Positions 1 to 13,900 are shown, numbered from the whole stretch's first letter. The stretch is DNA of 63,890 bases, filler included, from Collodictyon triciliatum (GCA_043381765.1; 8 parts of 8 records of this genome joined end to end with filler, not necessarily neighbours in it), one strand, 5' to 3'. Notes: generated from the letters alone by a model not told the origin. A program made the numbers and translations.

Positions 1-120
1 TTTTTTGTTTTTTTGTTTTTTTGTTTTTTTTGTTTTTTTGTTTTTTTGTTTTTTTGTTTTTTTGTTTTTTTTACCAACAATTGTTTTTATGAAAGAAAAT
101 ATTCCTCAAGTGGCAGAATA

Positions 121-2064
121 TTAATTATCAAGAATGACTGTGAAGTGAAAGAAGAACCTGCGCCGATTCTGCTTTTTTATGAACTTGTATTGGTCCGGCA
201 GTTCCATCAGTACATGCATCGCAAAGATGGCCTCCACGCCGGTTGACAAGTTATGCATGTATTGACGCATGACTTTGTGATAGTTGACGAAGCTGTATTC
301 ACGAGAGAGGCGTGAGATGACTACCCAATTATAATCGGATTTGGGTGGACTTCGACCGTTGCTGTAAACCCATCTTTTGAAGTATCAAACGGGTTGATAA
401 ATTGAGATAGGGAGATATGCCATACTGGAAATTGTCAAAGTCGCGGTGCGGAATCGAACTGTCGAAGGCTTCCATCTGATCCCACGGGCCGTCTCCAACT
501 CCCACAACGACGATGCTGATGGCATATTTTGAAGCCTCCACAATGGCGTCGATGGTGTCCCGCTCTTGGCCGGACTCTGGGGTAACCTATTTTACGATTA
601 TGTGACAATTAGAACAGCTCATCATTCCGGATTGGATTGCTCCATCCATGAGTCCAGCCGCATGATTCACCTGCCCATCGGCAATGATTATCAGGAGATG
701 AAATTTGTCGGTGGACTCTGCGATGTCGATGGCACGCCGAATGATGGGTCCAAATGACGTCGGGCCAGACATGTTAACGCAAGGGACTAACTCCCGGTAT
801 CTTTGCTCAATTCCCTAGGAAACAATCGATGAATAAAAAACTTGGTCTTGGGGCAGCTACCACTTTGACATATTCTCGTGTGAAACAGCAAAATCTGATG
901 TTGGTGTCGGTGTTGATGACGGATTGTTGTCTGTGATTAGAATAATGTTTGTACAGCAAGCCCATAATTTGGCTGGTCGCCGAGGTTGAAGGAAAAAACT
1001 GTTTATTGATGAAGGATTAGGAGCCCAGCAGAAATCTTCACAAATAAATGATAAAAAAATAATAAGGAAATTGTAAGAATGTAAAATAAAAAGTTGTTAA
1101 AATAGAAAAATTAGGGGATGAAAAGTATTAAACTATATTTAAATTAATGCAAACATAGGTAATCAGCCTTATAAGTTGCGTACCATGCTTATCCGTTGTT
1201 GTGACGTCCCCGAATCCATACACCGGAATCAGTTGGTCGTCATCGAAATAGACGAGTGAGCGTGCAATTATGGATATCACCTGTGTCAAAAAGCATGATT
1301 GGCATAAAGAATTATCTATGTCTAAATCATCATGTAAGGGGGGAAATAAATCAATCAACCAATGGGGAAAGAAAGGTCTGTTATTGAGTATCAAAATAGG
1401 GTGTTGCATTAGGTTTGGATTCATACATGCTGGTATGGATTCAACTCCGCGTCAGAAAGGTGGTGGAGACTCTTTTGGTTGAATGTCTCTTTTCCTGACC
1501 AAAGGTTACTCTGGGAGAAAAAAAGGGAGAGAGATATCTTCAACACACGAAACACCGATCATCTGAAGACAGAAGGAAAGCTTTTCTTTCTTTCATAAAA
1601 AAAAAACACCCCATCTCAAAATACATGCGTTTCCGAAGAAAGTAGAATACAAACAATCTCAGCAAACATTTCGCATTGTGCTACAACCCCTTTATCCTCA
1701 TTCGAAACCATTATCCAACGGAACATTACGATTGTTTACCGGAGAAAAAGAGACACAAAAGAGAGCGAAGACAAACCTTGGTGAAGTCAACCCCGACGAT
1801 CAGATTGCAGCTTTCCAGACCTTGTTTTGTAAGCTCCTCACTGACTTCTTCAAAGGTCTTAAAGCGGGAGATGTTTGCAGTGCTTTTGTTTTCCTGCACA
1901 GACGAAGCAGCGAAAAAACCCCCCGGTAAAAAAGACCCTGCCGAGCTTGAGGAAGGCAACGAGCCTGACGGCGGACTCGCAGCAGACTCAGTTGAAGACA
2001 GATTCCCACGCAAAGAAAGGTATGCCAAAGCAGATCCTGTGCCAAGCAAAAGAACAGCAAACAT
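121..2064 (-). CDS. Copine (vWA) domain protein, RGLG-like; multi-exon, 3' end possibly beyond contig edge
   Basis: Exons join across GT-AG introns into copine motifs: GLESCNLIVGVDFTK|SNLWSG..LNPYQH|VISIIARSLVYFDDDQLIPVYGFGD, SGPTSFGPII..LLIIIADGQV, AISIVVVGVGDGPWDQMEAFD..RDFDNF, FVNYH..VLMELPDQY. Confidence 0.9.
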
Positions 2065-3072
2065 CGCCTTGTGTTTTTTTTTTTTTGTTTTTTTTTTTTA
2101 CTTGATCGGATCCTTGTCGGTCGCTGCTCGATCCCTTCTTTTCCTTCCCTTTTGTTCTTCTTTTGCTTTTTCTTTTTTATGTATAAAGCGATGAGTCATT
2201 GTTAGCTTCGGTAAGTTTGTGTTGTGAGGATTCCCCACGGCACTTTCCTCGGGCTGGAGACTCGCCGGGATGCTGACGAGGCGAACGGATTCAAGCTTCA
2301 TGGCAGACGCATCGCTGTATCATGTGTGTTTCAGCCGGCCTTAAACAAGACAATAAAAAAATAACCTTATTTTACCGTACCAGATTTATTGCATTTAATA
2401 TATCGTGTATTAATAATCGTCTGCTTCCCTTTTTGGAAACATCGGCATCGTTTCGCAGATTCGGTATGTTTTGAGACACGTGGCGTCCGCGTCTGTCGAT
2501 CGAGTCGCTGGAGAGAGCAGAGTCACTGATTTTAATGCCGATTCATTACTTTTCACGGAGCATGGAGACCTCCTGGAGAGGGTATAAATACAAGATGTTT
2601 GCGTTTGGACGCTATTCCAGCAGTTCTGAGACTTCTGGTTAATTCCAGTCTGATTTATTTTCTTTTCTTTTTTAAACTATTAATCAAAAGCATTAAGAAC
2701 TACAAACAAGAGAACAGCAAGCAAACAAACCCGAGCCGATCTGCCAAGCAGCACAACCATTCGCATTGAACGCAGCGCGTGGATAGAGACAAAACTTTAC
2801 ACAAAAGAATCGCACTAAAACCGCCCAAAAAAAAGCCCATCACGCACCTGACAAGGAAGTAACTCAAAGGTACAGCCTCAACAAAAGGGCTTTTTATTCA
2901 TCCGACATTGAAAAAAAAAAATACTTCAAGCCGAAAAACTTTTATAACCTCATAAATTTTCTTCTATTTTAACATCAGGGAAGGTCATCGAAACCTTAAA
3001 GAAATCCACTGCTTCAATAACCAAGCACACCTGTTTTCATTGTATCCTCGATTTCCATAACAAAATCTTGAA

Positions 3073-4782
3073 ATGCCGACTGCCAATAAGCGCCAATCCG
3101 CAAAGGCCTCCTACAACGTTGATGTTGATGAGAGCCAACAAGCCAAAGTCCATCGATTAAAGACGAGTGTCGCTGAATCGCTGGAGCAGCAGCGAGGATG
3201 TATAGACTTGAGAGGTCACGAAGATGCAAGCTGCGAACGTCACACGCATTACCGCATCCCACACAACGAAAAAATTGCAAAAACAGAGCGAAAAACAACA
3301 TCGGGCGACGGAGATGTTGCCGATCCTTCCAGCATTACCATCAGAGTTAAGCAAACGCCTCAGCCTTCCTCAACTGTCAGTTCTTCAAGGGCCCCGATAA
3401 TCACGCGCTCTGTGGAGAGACGAACAAAATATCAAAGCAAAGATAGCTCTGTACAAGAGACTGCTGAAGAGGGAAAGAGAGTTGTCGAAGATGTTGCTAC
3501 TGAGGTGAATTCCAAGACTCGCCAAGCAGCCGAAAAGGTTGGAGACAAAGTGGAAGAAATGAAGGAAAATGCTGAAGATGTTGCCTTGGATGTAGAAGAA
3601 ACAGCAGAAAACGTTGTTGAAGTTATCAAAGAAAAAGCTTCAGATGCAGCTGAAAATGTCCAACAGGTCGTTGGAGACATTGCAGAGAGTGCAAATGATG
3701 CCAAAGAAGCGGCCGAACAAAAAGGCCGAGAGCTAGTTGACGAGGCTACTCATAGGTTAGAAGAGGTAAAAGAAAAGGCGCATGAAGTTGCCGAAAATGC
3801 CACAGAAACAGCTGCAAATGCCCTTGAAGTAGTAAAAGAAAAGGCTGCCGAAACAATCGACGGAGCTAAAGAATTAGCTTCAAATATTACAGAGGGCGTA
3901 AAAGAAAAGGCCTCCAACATTGCTGTGAGTGTCCAAGAGACAGCAGCACTGCTCAGCGATAAGGCCTACGACATGTATGAAGGGGCTTTGGAGACCGCCA
4001 CGAACCTAAAAGATGGTGCTGCCCAAAGTCTGCAAACTGCCAAAGAGGTTGTTCAAGAAAAGGGTCATCAGGTAGCCGAAAAAGCCCAGGAATTAGGCAC
4101 TCAGATGAAAGAAACAGTCATCAACGCAGGAGAAACTGCTATGGAAAAAGGGCAGGCAGCTTTGGAGGTAGTTCAGGAGAAGAAGGAAGACATTCAAGAA
4201 TATGCTACTGAGACAGTGCAGTCCTTTCGTGAAAAGGGAAACGAGCTGGCTGAAAACTTTCAAGATACTGTGGCAAAAGCGCAAGAGGCTGTCTTGGAAA
4301 GACAGCAAGAAGTCAAAGATTCCGTCGAAAATTCTTCTTTTCTCCAAACTTTAGCTCACACAGTGATGGAAGGGGCAACTCTAGTGGCAGGAACTGCATC
4401 CTTGGCGATGGACAAAGTGAAGGAAACTTTTGTCGGCAGCAGCAGCAGCAGCCTGTCGGAGGCAAAGATCTCCCCCAAAGCTGAAGACCTCAAAAAGGAG
4501 TTATTCGTGGTGGAGGAAGAAGAGGAAGAAGAGTGCGAAGAATGCGAAGAATGCGAGGACTGTGGAGACTGGGATGGCTTTGAAGAGTGTGAACAATGCG
4601 AAGGCCAAGATTGTGGGGATTGTAGCGCTGAACTCAAAAAGGATGAGTTTAACTTGAATTTGAAGGCCAAGAAAGACGGTGTGCCTCAAGAGCATGTCGT
4701 GCAGGTAAACATTCACCAACGCCCTAGAGGAGAGTTCGAGCGTCAGCTGGAACAGGCGCAGCGCAAACTGAAGAAAAGCTAA
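3073..4782 (+). CDS. LEA group 3-like / 11-mer amphipathic repeat protein with acidic Cys-rich tail
   Basis: Intronless 569-aa ORF rich in A/E/K/T with 11/22-residue periodicity (VKEKAHEVAEN, VKEKAAETIDG, VKEKASNIAVS); C-terminal EECEECEECEDC..CEQC..CGDC. Confidence 0.75.
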   Translation: MPTANKRQSAKASYNVDVDESQQAKVHRLKTSVAESLEQQRGCIDLRGHEDASCERHTHYRIPHNEKIAKTERKTTSGDGDVADPSSITIRVKQTPQPSSTVSSSRAPIITRSVERRTKYQSKDSSVQETAEEGKRVVEDVATEVNSKTRQAAEKVGDKVEEMKENAEDVALDVEETAENVVEVIKEKASDAAENVQQVVGDIAESANDAKEAAEQKGRELVDEATHRLEEVKEKAHEVAENATETAANALEVVKEKAAETIDGAKELASNITEGVKEKASNIAVSVQETAALLSDKAYDMYEGALETATNLKDGAAQSLQTAKEVVQEKGHQVAEKAQELGTQMKETVINAGETAMEKGQAALEVVQEKKEDIQEYATETVQSFREKGNELAENFQDTVAKAQEAVLERQQEVKDSVENSSFLQTLAHTVMEGATLVAGTASLAMDKVKETFVGSSSSSLSEAKISPKAEDLKKELFVVEEEEEEECEECEECEDCGDWDGFEECEQCEGQDCGDCSAELKKDEFNLNLKAKKDGVPQEHVVQVNIHQRPRGEFERQLEQAQRKLKKS

Positions 4783-5437
4783 TTCGACTTCAGTTGTTTC
4801 TTCGCTTTGAAAGTCTCGTGCTCAGGATTCCCAGTTAATTTACCGAACGGCCGACAAGAAGGGTGATAGAAAGAAAGAGAGAGAGAGAAAAGGGACACAA
4901 AGATGGTTGCCTTTGTGTTGAGAATCATGCGACATGTCCTTGTTCATACTTTCCACCGTCATTCATCGTGTNNNNNNNNNNNNNNNNNNNNNNNNNNNNN
5001 NNNNNNNNNNNNNNNNNNNNNNNNNNNNNNNNNNNNNNNNNNNNNNNNNNNNNNNNNNNNNNNNNNNNNNNNNNNNNNNNNNNNNNNNNNNNNNNNNNNN
5101 NNNNNNNNNNNNNNNNNNNNNNNNNNNNNNNNNNNNNNNNNNNNNNNNNNNNNNNNNNNNNNNNNNNNNNNNNNNNNNNNNNNNNNNNNNNNNNNNNNNN
5201 NNNNNNNNNNNNNNNNNNNNNNNNNNNNNNNNNNNNNNNNNNNNNNNNNNNNNNNNNNNNNNNNNNNNNNNNNNNNNNNNNNNNNNNNNNNNNNNNNNNN
5301 NNNNNNNNNNNNNNNNNNNNNNNNNNNNNNNNNNNNNNNNNNNNNNNNNNNNNNNNNNNNNNNNNNNNNNNNNNNNNNNNNNNNNNNNNNNNNNNNNNNN
5401 NNNNNNNNNNNNNNNNNNNNNNNNNNNNNNNNNNNNA

Positions 5438-8430
5438 GATCCAGGAGAGGACTGGCACAGACCCACAGGCGTAAAATTCGCTTCGTTACCTGCACCATCT
5501 TCTCCGAGTAGCCTGGTTAGTCGTTGTTCTTTGATGCCGTCTTGATGGTGGTTGCTAACACTGAGCTCTGCAATCGAGCTGTGGCTAGAAGTTACATCCA
5601 AGGTTAGTGCTCCGATGGGCACACCATGACCTATAATCGATACTTCCAGAGGCAATTCTGAACCAATTTTATGATTCTCAGTCGTCTCATCTCCTGGCCC
5701 TTTACCAATCTGACTAATCATCCCATCTTTAGAGTTTTGCTCCGATAAAATAATTTCGGCTTCATCAAGGACATCATTATGGTGAGGCTTGTTCTTGCCA
5801 AATGATTCATCGTTTGGGTTCCGATTGACTCCATGATGGTCATCCAATTCAGATTTCAGAGTACTTTTATCAGTCTCAGCAGCCTGATGATTTCTATCAC
5901 CAGTTTCATCCGTACAGTGTCTGTCCATCGGAATATCCAACTTCTTTGCCTCTTCAATAAGACGCTGCGAATTATCCAATGATGCCGTTGTTATGTGTTG
6001 CAAGTCCGGGGCATGACCCATGTAGAAGGGGGCTTTAAGCGATTCCTCTATGGAAACCAAATGTTGATTTACCTCCTCTGGTATGTTGGATTCATTTTCA
6101 ATCACCACAGGCAGAGCATCGGACTCTGTTGTGGAACAGAGGGTCGGTGGCAAATTCTTGGGCTCTTCATCAGGTTCCTCATCAAAAGAATCCTCATATT
6201 TTGGCTCCTTGGGTGAGGTTTCCACTTGCTGGATTATTTTCCTAGGTGACGGTTCGGTTTCAGATGCATCTAGGTCTAATGAGGCCAAGTGCTTATGAAC
6301 GAGAGCTGACAAATGTTTGTTAGCTGCGTCGCGTGTGGTTCCGGTAGACGTATCAGACATCTGAAATGTTGATATCGTACCCATCATTTGGATTCTTCTC
6401 ATGGGACTGATCAATTCAATAGGTGACGTTGGTCTCTCCTCAGGCCATTCATCCAACCAATCGCGAGTGAAAGCGGTGAGAGGATGCTCTGACCCCAGAG
6501 AACGTTCACGAATTTCAAGTCCTCTCTGAAAATAAGGTTTTGCTTTGTTATACTTTTTCTGCTCGTAAAACAATGCACCGATGTTTGTGAGAACTGCAGC
6601 AACATCCGGATGGTTTGAGCCGAGTGTCTTTTCTCGTATGGTCAATGCCTTCTCATATAAGTCAACAGCATCTTCATACGAGCCCATCGCAGTATGGACA
6701 GATGCAATATTGTTTAGAGACGTTGCAACATCTGGGTGGGACTGTCCATGAACCTTCTGCATGATATCAAGACATTGGTTGTGCATCTTGAGAGCCTCTA
6801 GGAATGACCCCTCAGCCTATTTCAGATTGAAAGAAACGAAGACGCTGAGCAAGATTTTGGAAATACCAAAACTTGGCAAAAACGAAACTGTGTACAAATA
6901 TTTAACTAAAATTAATAATACAAAGTAGTTCTGTATTATTAATTCGATTCGGTTTTGCTCTATTTCTTAAAAATTAAAAAAATGGTCACCTTCATTAGGT
7001 TTCCCAAATTCCCTAACGTCCTGGCAACATCGGGATGATTTTCTCCAAGTTTTGATTTTCGAATGTTTAATGCGCGATTATAACAGTCCTTGGATTCTCC
7101 ATATCTATAAAGAAAAAACCCGATGTAAAAAAATTCATATGAACTTTTTGATTGAAAGATTATTTTTGTTTGCAAAGTTCTCTAGAGATATTTGATATTT
7201 TCAAAGAACAGGGAGAGCGTCATCAAAATCGAGGAAGCTCACTTCTCTTGTGCTGTATACAGTTGACCCATATTATCTAATGTTGCAGCAACGTCAGGAT
7301 TATCCTTTCCGACAACCTTTTCCTTGATACTAAGAGATTGGACATATGCTGGTTCTGCGTCATGGTAATTTCCCTATATTGATGATGTAATCAGTCTGCA
7401 TGCCTGAATTAAAGTCTGGTTTTAAAAATCAAACGAAAAGAAGATGGCAGTATAGAAGCTGCAAGGAAATAAAAAAAAAAAAAAGAACCTGGGCCTCATA
7501 AATAGCTCCAAGGTTGTTCAATGCAATAGCGACGTCAATATGATCTTTACCCAACTTCATTTCCGAAATTTTAAGGTCTCTCTTGCAGCACTCTAAAGCA
7601 AGGTCGTACTTTCCTTGTGCTTTGTAGAGGGTAGCAAGATTATTTAATATAGTACCCACTTCAACATGATATTGACCCAGAGCTCTTTCAGTATTATCCA
7701 AAGCCCTCCGATAAGCGCTTAGGGCTGCATCAAATTCTCCCTGCTCGACGTGCAACAACCCAAGATTATTTAAAGTGGATGCAACCTGAAGATTGTTTTT
7801 ACCCAAAGTGTTCTCTCGTATTTCAATGGCTTCTCGATAGAGCTTTTCTGATGCATCGTATCTGAATATTGGAAAATATGCTTTTTTTTTAATATGTTAT
7901 TTTGTAAATCAAGTGTAGAAGGATTTACTATTGGTCATATATTACAAACCGTCCCTGGCAATAACGTAGCTTCGCTTGTTGATCTAGAGTTGGAGCTAGC
8001 TGAATGCTTTTGTCTCCATGGATTTCTATCTTTGCCATCTTGATATCCTCTAAAACCTGAATATATATATACATTATGGTATGAGCTATATTCAGACAAA
8101 TTGGATTAATGTGTTTCTATTTACCTTCTCTGCTGGTTCGTACAGATCGAGAGCCAGGTACAAATCTGCTATTTTTGATGCAATATCAAAGTTCCATTTC
8201 CTGATATCACCCATGGAGGCTAGGCTTGATTCATATACAGAACTGATATCGACATTCTTTTCAAGGAAAGTGAAGTGAATATGTTTTCTACTTGCAACAG
8301 AAAATATTGAAAGATTGAGAGGGGCAAATCAAAAGATGCAAACCTTGTTCATTAATTGTCTCCAGTAAAATAAGAGTTCAAACTTTCGGCCGCCAGAAGA
8401 AAAGCTTTCGAACACTAGGATGATACCCAA
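5438..8430 (-). CDS. Kinesin-light-chain-type TPR protein (NPHP3-like); partial at both ends
   Basis: Repeated HPDVATSLNNIA, HPDVARTLGNLG, QVASTLNNLG, HVEVGTILNNLA units over about 8 exons; upstream ELLFYWRQL segment; long acidic disordered tail runs into the N gap at 4972-5437. Confidence 0.85.
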
Positions 8431-8566
8431 GAAACTGTTTTGTTTGGAATTTTTATCATCACTCTTACTGATGGTTTCAAGGATTTGGAAGTTGCCAAAG
8501 AAAATTTTGAATTGTTCTAATTTTTTTTTGTTTTTTTTTTTGTTTTTTGTTTTTTTTGTTTTTTTT

Positions 8567-8610
<44 letters not shown>

Positions 8611-8710
8611 NNNNNNNNNNNNNNNNNNNNNNNNNNNNNNNNNNNNNNNNNNNNTTAATTAATTAANNNNNNNNNNNNNNNNNNNNNNNNNNNNNNNNNN
8701 NNNNNNNNNN
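8611..8710. other. Artificial contig spacer N44-TTAATTAATTAA-N44 (also 17319-17418, 26028-26127, 34741-34840, 43442-43541, 52142-52241, 59755-59854)
   Basis: Identical 100-nt spacer seven times; TTAATTAATTAA gives stops in all six frames; genes are cut off at these points. Confidence 0.97.
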
Positions 8711-8891
8711 ATTTCCTTTATTCTATTTCCTTTATTCTATTTCCTTTATTCTATTTCCTTTATTCTATTTCCTTTATTCTATTTCCTTTATTCTATTTCC
8801 TTTATTCTATTTTATTTATTCATTTATTTATTCATTTATTTATTCATTTATTTATTCATTTATTTATTCATTTATTTATTCATTTATTTAT
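8711..8891. repeat. (ATTTCCTTTATTCT)n followed by (TTTATTCATTTA)n-type tandem repeats, intronic, at contig edge
   Basis: Directly visible tandem copies. Confidence 0.9.
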
Positions 8892-8924
8892 TGCTATTAT
8901 TATAAGTATTACTACTGTTTACTT

Positions 8925-9891
<967 letters not shown>

Positions 9892-10339
9892 TTACTTTAA
9901 TTTTACTAGGATTCGAAACAAGGCAAATGACAAACACTCGGGGGTCAAACAACAGTCGCACCTCAAAAGGTCCTTCTTTTTTGCTTTCCTTCGTTTGTGG
10001 ACGAAGTGGGTAAAACATTTTGGATTTTGAAAAGAAAAAAGAAGACAAAAGAGAACAAGAGAAAGAGGGAAAGAAAAAAAAAACAAGACCAACCTAAAGA
10101 CGGCGCAGCTTGCATTTTGGTGGGAACCTACGCCACGGAATAAAGGTTTTGAGTACGTCAACTTTCGTTTTTCTTGGTTTTCGTCAGATCAGCAGCCTAC
10201 GTCCCTTGCCGCTGAATAAGTGCGCATACCCAAGTCGTTCTTTTCGACGGAGCGATCGCGGGGAAACTACTTTGTATGTTTTGTATAGCATATATTCCAC
10301 TTTTGCTTATTCGAATAGGCATGGGTGCGCTAGTTGTAG

Positions 10340-10945
10340 TTGTGATGGCTCTTTTGATGTTTTTGTGATGTTTGTGATGTTTGTGATGGGCTTTGTGATG
10401 GCTTTTGTGATGGGCTTTGTAATGGCTTTTGTGATGGGCTTTGTGATGGGCTTTGTGATGGGCTTTGTGATGGGGTTTGTAATGGCGTTTGTGATGGGGT
10501 TTTTGTGATGGGGTTTGTGATGGGCTTTTTTGATGGGCCTTGTAATGGCGTTTTTGTGATGGGTTTTGCAATCGCTTTTGTAATGGCGTTTGTGATGGGC
10601 GTTTGTGATGGGCTTTGTGATGGCTTTTGTGATGGGCTTTGTGATGGGCTTTTGTAATGGGCTTTTTGTGTGATGGGGTTTGTGATGGGTTTTGCAATCG
10701 CTTTTGTGATGGGGTTTGTGATGGGTTTTGCAATCGCTTTTGTAATGGCGTTTGTGATGGGCTTTGTAATGGCGTTTTTGTGATGGGTTTTTTTGGCTTT
10801 TGTGATGGGGTTTGTGATGGGGTTTGTGTGATGGGTTTGTGATGGGTTTGTGATGGCTTTTTTGATGGACTTTTTGGTGGGGTTTGTGATTTTTGTAATG
10901 AGTCTCTGTGATAAGATTTGTGATTAAGTTTTGTAATGGGTTTTC
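10340..10945. repeat. Degenerate 11-13 nt minisatellite, core TTTGTGATGGG
   Basis: Dozens of TTTGT(G/A)ATGG(G/C) units with variable T runs; higher-order duplication of GGGTTTTGCAATCGCTTTTGT. Confidence 0.9.
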
Positions 10946-10984
10946 GGGATGTTAAATGTGTCTCATTAGGCAAGTGCAAATCGT

Positions 10985-13900
10985 TTATTTTCGTCGTGAC
11001 TTTGAGCTGCTCTTGCCCTTTCCTCTTCCTTTGCCCTTGGTTTTCTCTTTGCGCATCTTGGCACGGAGTTCCTCTATTATGAAAAAGTAAAGAAAAATCA
11101 ACCCGTGAGCGTGATTCTAAACTGGCAACTAAATGCACAGGTGTGAGTACATAAGCACGAGATAAACAAAAACAAAATCACAGAAAATAGTATAATAATG
11201 TATTCGGATAATGTATTTATGTGCTGAAATCGGTAAATGGTGGAAGTAGTACTTTTCATTCGCGGGTCCACAAGCTGTTAGTTAAATTGCCAGGACCAGA
11301 GAAAGCACCATTTTAGGGGAAAAGCAAGAGAGAAAAGAAAAAAAAAAGAGGGGCATTTAGTTATGCGAAGGATTATCAATATATTTCATTAATGGATTAA
11401 ATTAATGTTTCTGCAGATGAATGGAAGGTTTGTGGAGCGTGAGAATCAAGAAATGTGCGGGTGATGATGACCTTGACGCGTGTGCCTTTCCCAGCCTTTG
11501 CCTTCGCGGCCGCATAGGACTTGGACCGCACATATTCGACTCGCTTTCCCTTCTCGCGGCGAGTTTTTGCGTATAGTTTCTCGATAGTCTATCAATAGTG
11601 CGCAGTTAAAAAAAAAAAAAAGGAAAGTCTTGATAAATTGTCGGCTGACACTAGGGAAAATATATATGCTAAACATTGTTTGCGGCATCATCAACGTCTG
11701 TGTCCTTATTACAAATATAATCATCAATCTTGAAACACACAATAAATAATGAGATACGATTATTATTTATCTGTGGCCGCTAACCTTCATTTTCTGGGCG
11801 TTTGTCATGTCTGTGTTTTCGATGATGGAGTTCGCCTGTGACTTTGCCTTCTCAATTTTTTTATGGAGCTTCATTTTCTTTCTGGCTTTGGCCTCTGCTA
11901 CCTTCTTGATGGGTGCTGCGTCGATTGTTTGGAACTTGGCCTAGAGAAACCCCAGAGTAGAAAAAAAAAGTTCAAGTCAAAAGGGATAATAATTGTCTTT
12001 GTTGGCTTTATTTTGGAAAAAAAATGAATGAAGCAGACTTCCTAATATTGGAAAATATAATGATATATTTAACCAGACTTTCATTTTATCCATCATGTCT
12101 TTGGTGATTGGGAGTTGGGGTTTGTTATGTTTCTTTTCGTCTTCCTCAAACCTAAGATGTTAGTTATAAAAAGGTAGAGATAGATAAATCGCGGGTCTAG
12201 GCAGTTAAAAGAAGGAAAATTTCATTAGTGTTTCTAGGACACTTTGGCTGCATACAGTTTCATGAATTAATCAGACCATGTTGGCAAGTTTGAGTCGCCA
12301 AAAGCATATCTGTTGTAGCTCCAATCTATCAACTCGTTCTTTGACTTTTTGCGAATCATCATTCGCCCCAAGGCCATGGAGACTGCCTTCTTGTTTCTGC
12401 CTGCTGGTGTCTCGTCATCCGATTCGCCTGAACTGTTTGATTCGGATCCACTATTGTGATTTAAACCAATGAGCATTTTATATATAAAAGAATATTTAAA
12501 AAAATCAAAATATACACACATAATAATTTAGATGAAAAGAAAATCGTAAAGCAATATGCAGTATGTGTTATGTGCTTTTTTAATGGACAGAATTAAGTAA
12601 TTTAAGCAGTCATTGAAATCTTATGATTACCTTGACCATTGATGGTCGGGAATACCGTACTGCGGTAGATGAGCAGGATAAAAGTTCATGGAGCAGAGGA
12701 AAAATAACAGAAAAGCTGTAAGTATGATATCGAAATTTTCTTTATCAAAAAAAAAAAAAAAACGTGCAAATCATTAATAATTAATTCCAAACAGCCTGAC
12801 TTCTGTTTCCGTAACTTAGATTAAGCGATATGAATGTCATGTTATTGAATAAGTAATACTCACATCATTATATGGCACATCGCTGATTGGGTTGGATGAT
12901 GCCGTGGATTTTGAGTCAACTACTTCAGTAACAGTTTTGGCTGCTGGAGCTATGTTGCTCTGGATCTTTTCGTCTTCATCCTCCGGAAACTCGTCATCAC
13001 TTTCTTCATGCTTCTTTTTAGTGTCTTTCTTCGGCTCTGCAGCCTAGAGACATACGTCAACATCAGCTCGAAAGTAGAGTAGGTATCTGACTCAGTTTTG
13101 TATTGTCAGGGTGAACGATCGATCGAAAACATGTTTAATCACAAACGCTTTTATCTTTCCTTGCTTTCCGGCTCATTTCACGAATTTCCTCTTCGTCATC
13201 TTGAACCTGTGGTGTGCATCAATAGACGTGATCGAGTCAAGAAAAGGCAAAGACACCCAAGGACGAAGTAAAAACAGGACATGTAAGTGGAGAAATATAT
13301 ATCAGAGTTAATGAGAAAAATACATTAATATCCTGGAATATTGGCTGGCTGAACCAAATGGTGGACTTTTTGTTTGATTTCGGAACGATTTCTCTTGCTA
13401 TTTGGTCATCACCAACGTCTCTGCTTTCTTCGCTGTCATCTCCTTCCTCGTCCTCATCTGTAAGAATAAAACCCCTCATCAGAAAGGAGTAAAGGCGATA
13501 GCTATGCTTCCATCACCAAAAAAAAAAAAAAAAGTATTGCTATTTCAAGCAGGCAAGGAATGCGGCAAAATGTAGATAAGTAGAATAAACTGAAAAGAAT
13601 AGAATACTGCATTACATTCAAACATCATAAGTAGTCAAAAAATCGAAAACTACTCACCATCCAATGCATTCTTCGACATGCCAGGGTGAAATGCTAGCCG
13701 GATGGATTGGAATTTATTCAAAATATATAAAGCAGAAACCAGCAGCAACAGTACATGAAAGCAATACAAATATACCGCGATGGCATTAATGTTATAGATT
13801 CAGCCACTTTTGTCTCACTGGGATATTCAACTTTCCATATTCCACCTTGTCATTCCAAATCATGATAGAAATGCGGTTGAAAACAAAAAAAAAGTATCTA

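Noticed and set aside
4863..5545. Long ORFs spanning N gaps (also 55284-56045)
   Set aside because: Artefacts of undetermined bases
8655..8666. Recurring palindrome TTAATTAATTAA at about 8.7 kb spacing as a biological boundary (nanochromosome, excision or PacI-like site)
   Set aside because: Always embedded in exactly 44 N on each side; a standard artificial linker; genes are truncated there and no telomeric repeats flank it
10340..10945. CRISPR-like array
   Set aside because: Units are 11-13 nt and contiguous, with no unique spacers and no cas genes
10197..11138. 313-aa His/Lys/Pro-rich ORF as a real protein
   Set aside because: Non-ATG start, overlaps the last SPB1 exon in another frame, and stays open because the repeat lacks stops; unit length varies out of frame
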